Shown here piece by piece: positions 62,489 through 64,000 of a stretch of 64,000 nucleotides of DNA. Below the pieces are notes generated by a model. That model was given only the letters and a program-made list of their open reading frames with translations. It ran no database searches and was not told the origin of the DNA. How positions within the stretch are numbered: position 1 is the first letter of the stretch; every line of letters starts with the position of its first letter. A program made the translations under genes and the position numbers. Origin of the DNA: Phoronis australis (Eukaryota; Animalia; Phoronida); assembly GCA_002633005.1 (NCBI GenBank), contig NMRA01000129.1, positions 214,133 through 278,132 of the forward strand. Reading direction: 5' to 3'.

Positions 62489-63915
62489 TTTTTTATGCGC
62501 CCACATATTTATATGTGGACGCATTATGCCGTCATCTCTGTCCGTCCGTCCGTCCGTCCGGGCGGCGTCCGTCCGGCGTCTGGCGTCCGGCGTCCGCTGC
62601 TCTATCTCCAAAACCCTTTGACATACATTCATGAAATTTGGCGCATATGTTCCATTCATGAATGGGACGGCATGTGCGAATTTTCGGACGGATCTGACTT
62701 CCGGTGTGCCCCCTAGTGGCAATTTTAGTTTTTTACGCTTACCTTTGTATCTTCAAAAGTCCTGAACGGATTTTCATGAAATTTGGTATGTAGGCATCTA
62801 GTAGTGAGATGACGCTATCCTGCCGTTTTCGGATGGATTCGACATAGTTTGCGCCACCTAGTGGCCATTTTTAGTGTTTTCGAGTCTGTTTTTGTGCTTC
62901 CACCCCTCTATCAACCAAACCGCTCGAAGGATGATTGTGAAAATTGGCATGTATGTGCTTACTATGTAGAGGACGGTTNNNNNNNNNNNNNNNNNNNNNN
63001 NNNNNNNNNNNNNNNNNNNNNNNNNNNNNNNNNNNNNNNNNNNNNNNNNNNNNNNNNNNNNNNNNNNNNNNNNNNNNNNNNNNNNNNNNNNNNNNNNNNN
63101 NNNNNNNNNNNNNNNNNNNNNNNNNNNNNNNNNNNNNNNNNNNNNNNNNNNNNNNNNNNNNNNNNNNNNNNNNNNNNNNNNNNNNNNNNNNNNNNNNNNN
63201 NNNNNNNNNNNNNNNNNNNNNNNNNNNNNNNNNNNNNNNNNNNNNNNNNNNNNNNNNNNNNNNNNNNNNNNNNNNNNNNNNNNNNNNNNNNNNNNNNNNN
63301 NNNNNNNNNNNNNNNNNNNNNNNNNNNNNNNNNNNNNNNNNNNNNNNNNNNNNNNNNNNNNNNNNNNNNNNNNNNNNNNNNTTTTTTTGCGCCCATGGCT
63401 GTATCTCCCAAACCGTTTGCAGGATCTTTACTAAATTTAGCAAGTGTATTTATGTGATGTTGACAACGGACGATGACGACTTTAGGATGATTCTGACTAC
63501 CGGTATGCCTCTAGTGGCAATTTAAATATTTCACATTGACCTCTGTATTTTCATAGGTCTTCAGGTGTATACTTTGTGTTACTTCGTGACTATGAAGGAA
63601 AAGTTCCAAGTAGAAATTTGTTTCTGGCATTCTAATGCTGTGCTAATCTCGTATGTTGGTAAATTTGTTTTTAATTCTATGTTTCTGTGGTGCTTTAAGC
63701 AACTGATGCATAGGATGTGCTTGTATTATGAAGATCACTCACATTTTGAAACCTAGCCTATTGAGGAGACAATGACCATGCCTTTCCATTTTGCAAAGTA
63801 CAACATACTACATATGCCTCTACTGGCCACTTTATGGTACCAATAAACAACCCTAGAAGGATACCGTATACGGTGCAATTGTGGGCGCATTTCAACGCTC
63901 TGCGTTGCTCTTGTT
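62489..63915 (+). mobile_element. Helentron-associated interspersed element (HINE / DINE-1-like), spans the N gap
   Basis: Starts in a T run. 5' subTIR ATGCGCCCACA (62495-62505) with a nearby inverted copy (62514-62524), (GTCC)n microsatellite, ~150-bp internal repeats (TTCATGAAATTTGG), 3' subTIR TGTGGGCGCAT (63880-63890), hairpin CAACGC-tct-GCGTTG (63893-63907), then CTCTTGTT. Confidence 0.8.
62979..63381. other. Assembly gap
   Basis: Run of N. Single Ns also occur at 13344, 53511 and 54029. Confidence 0.99.
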
Positions 63916-64000
63916 AGTTAATGCATAGAGCATTTTTTGTTTAATATTACGGAGTCTAATTTTAAAAGGTTTTAAGAAATTATCCGTAATGTTATGTCTA

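Noticed and set aside
62849-63525. Long ORFs in the track
   Set aside because: They run through the N gap.

Overview
AT-rich, intron-containing animal genomic DNA, most likely a marine invertebrate bilaterian (taxon inferred). It is a draft scaffold with single-N joins and one ~400-nt gap. Five protein-coding genes can be reconstructed by hand from GT-AG boundaries and reading frame. (1) NME7/NDK7: minus strand, 9 coding exons, 378 aa. (2) BLZF1/golgin-45: plus strand, 6 coding exons, 444 aa, head-to-head with NME7 as in human. (3) An intronless, divergent class A GPCR of 327 aa. (4) A 3-exon gene matching the poorly characterised 'POLR1D isoform 2' protein, which here appears to be a stand-alone gene with no RNA polymerase AC19 exon. 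(5) The 5' part of KIDINS220/ARMS, with eight consecutive 99-nt ankyrin-repeat exons. Introns and intergenic DNA hold many small non-autonomous transposons: a young 9-bp-TSD foldback/MULE-like element, 5-bp-TSD MITEs, a tRNA-derived SINE with a nested MITE, Helentron/HINE-type elements and a Penelope fragment. Best leads: the stand-alone POLR1D-isoform-2 gene, the conserved NME7-BLZF1 pair, a minisatellite made of repeated splice donors in BLZF1, a TATA box arising within a tandem repeat before the GPCR, and an intronic pre-miRNA-like hairpin. No CRISPR array, rRNA or intact tRNA was seen.
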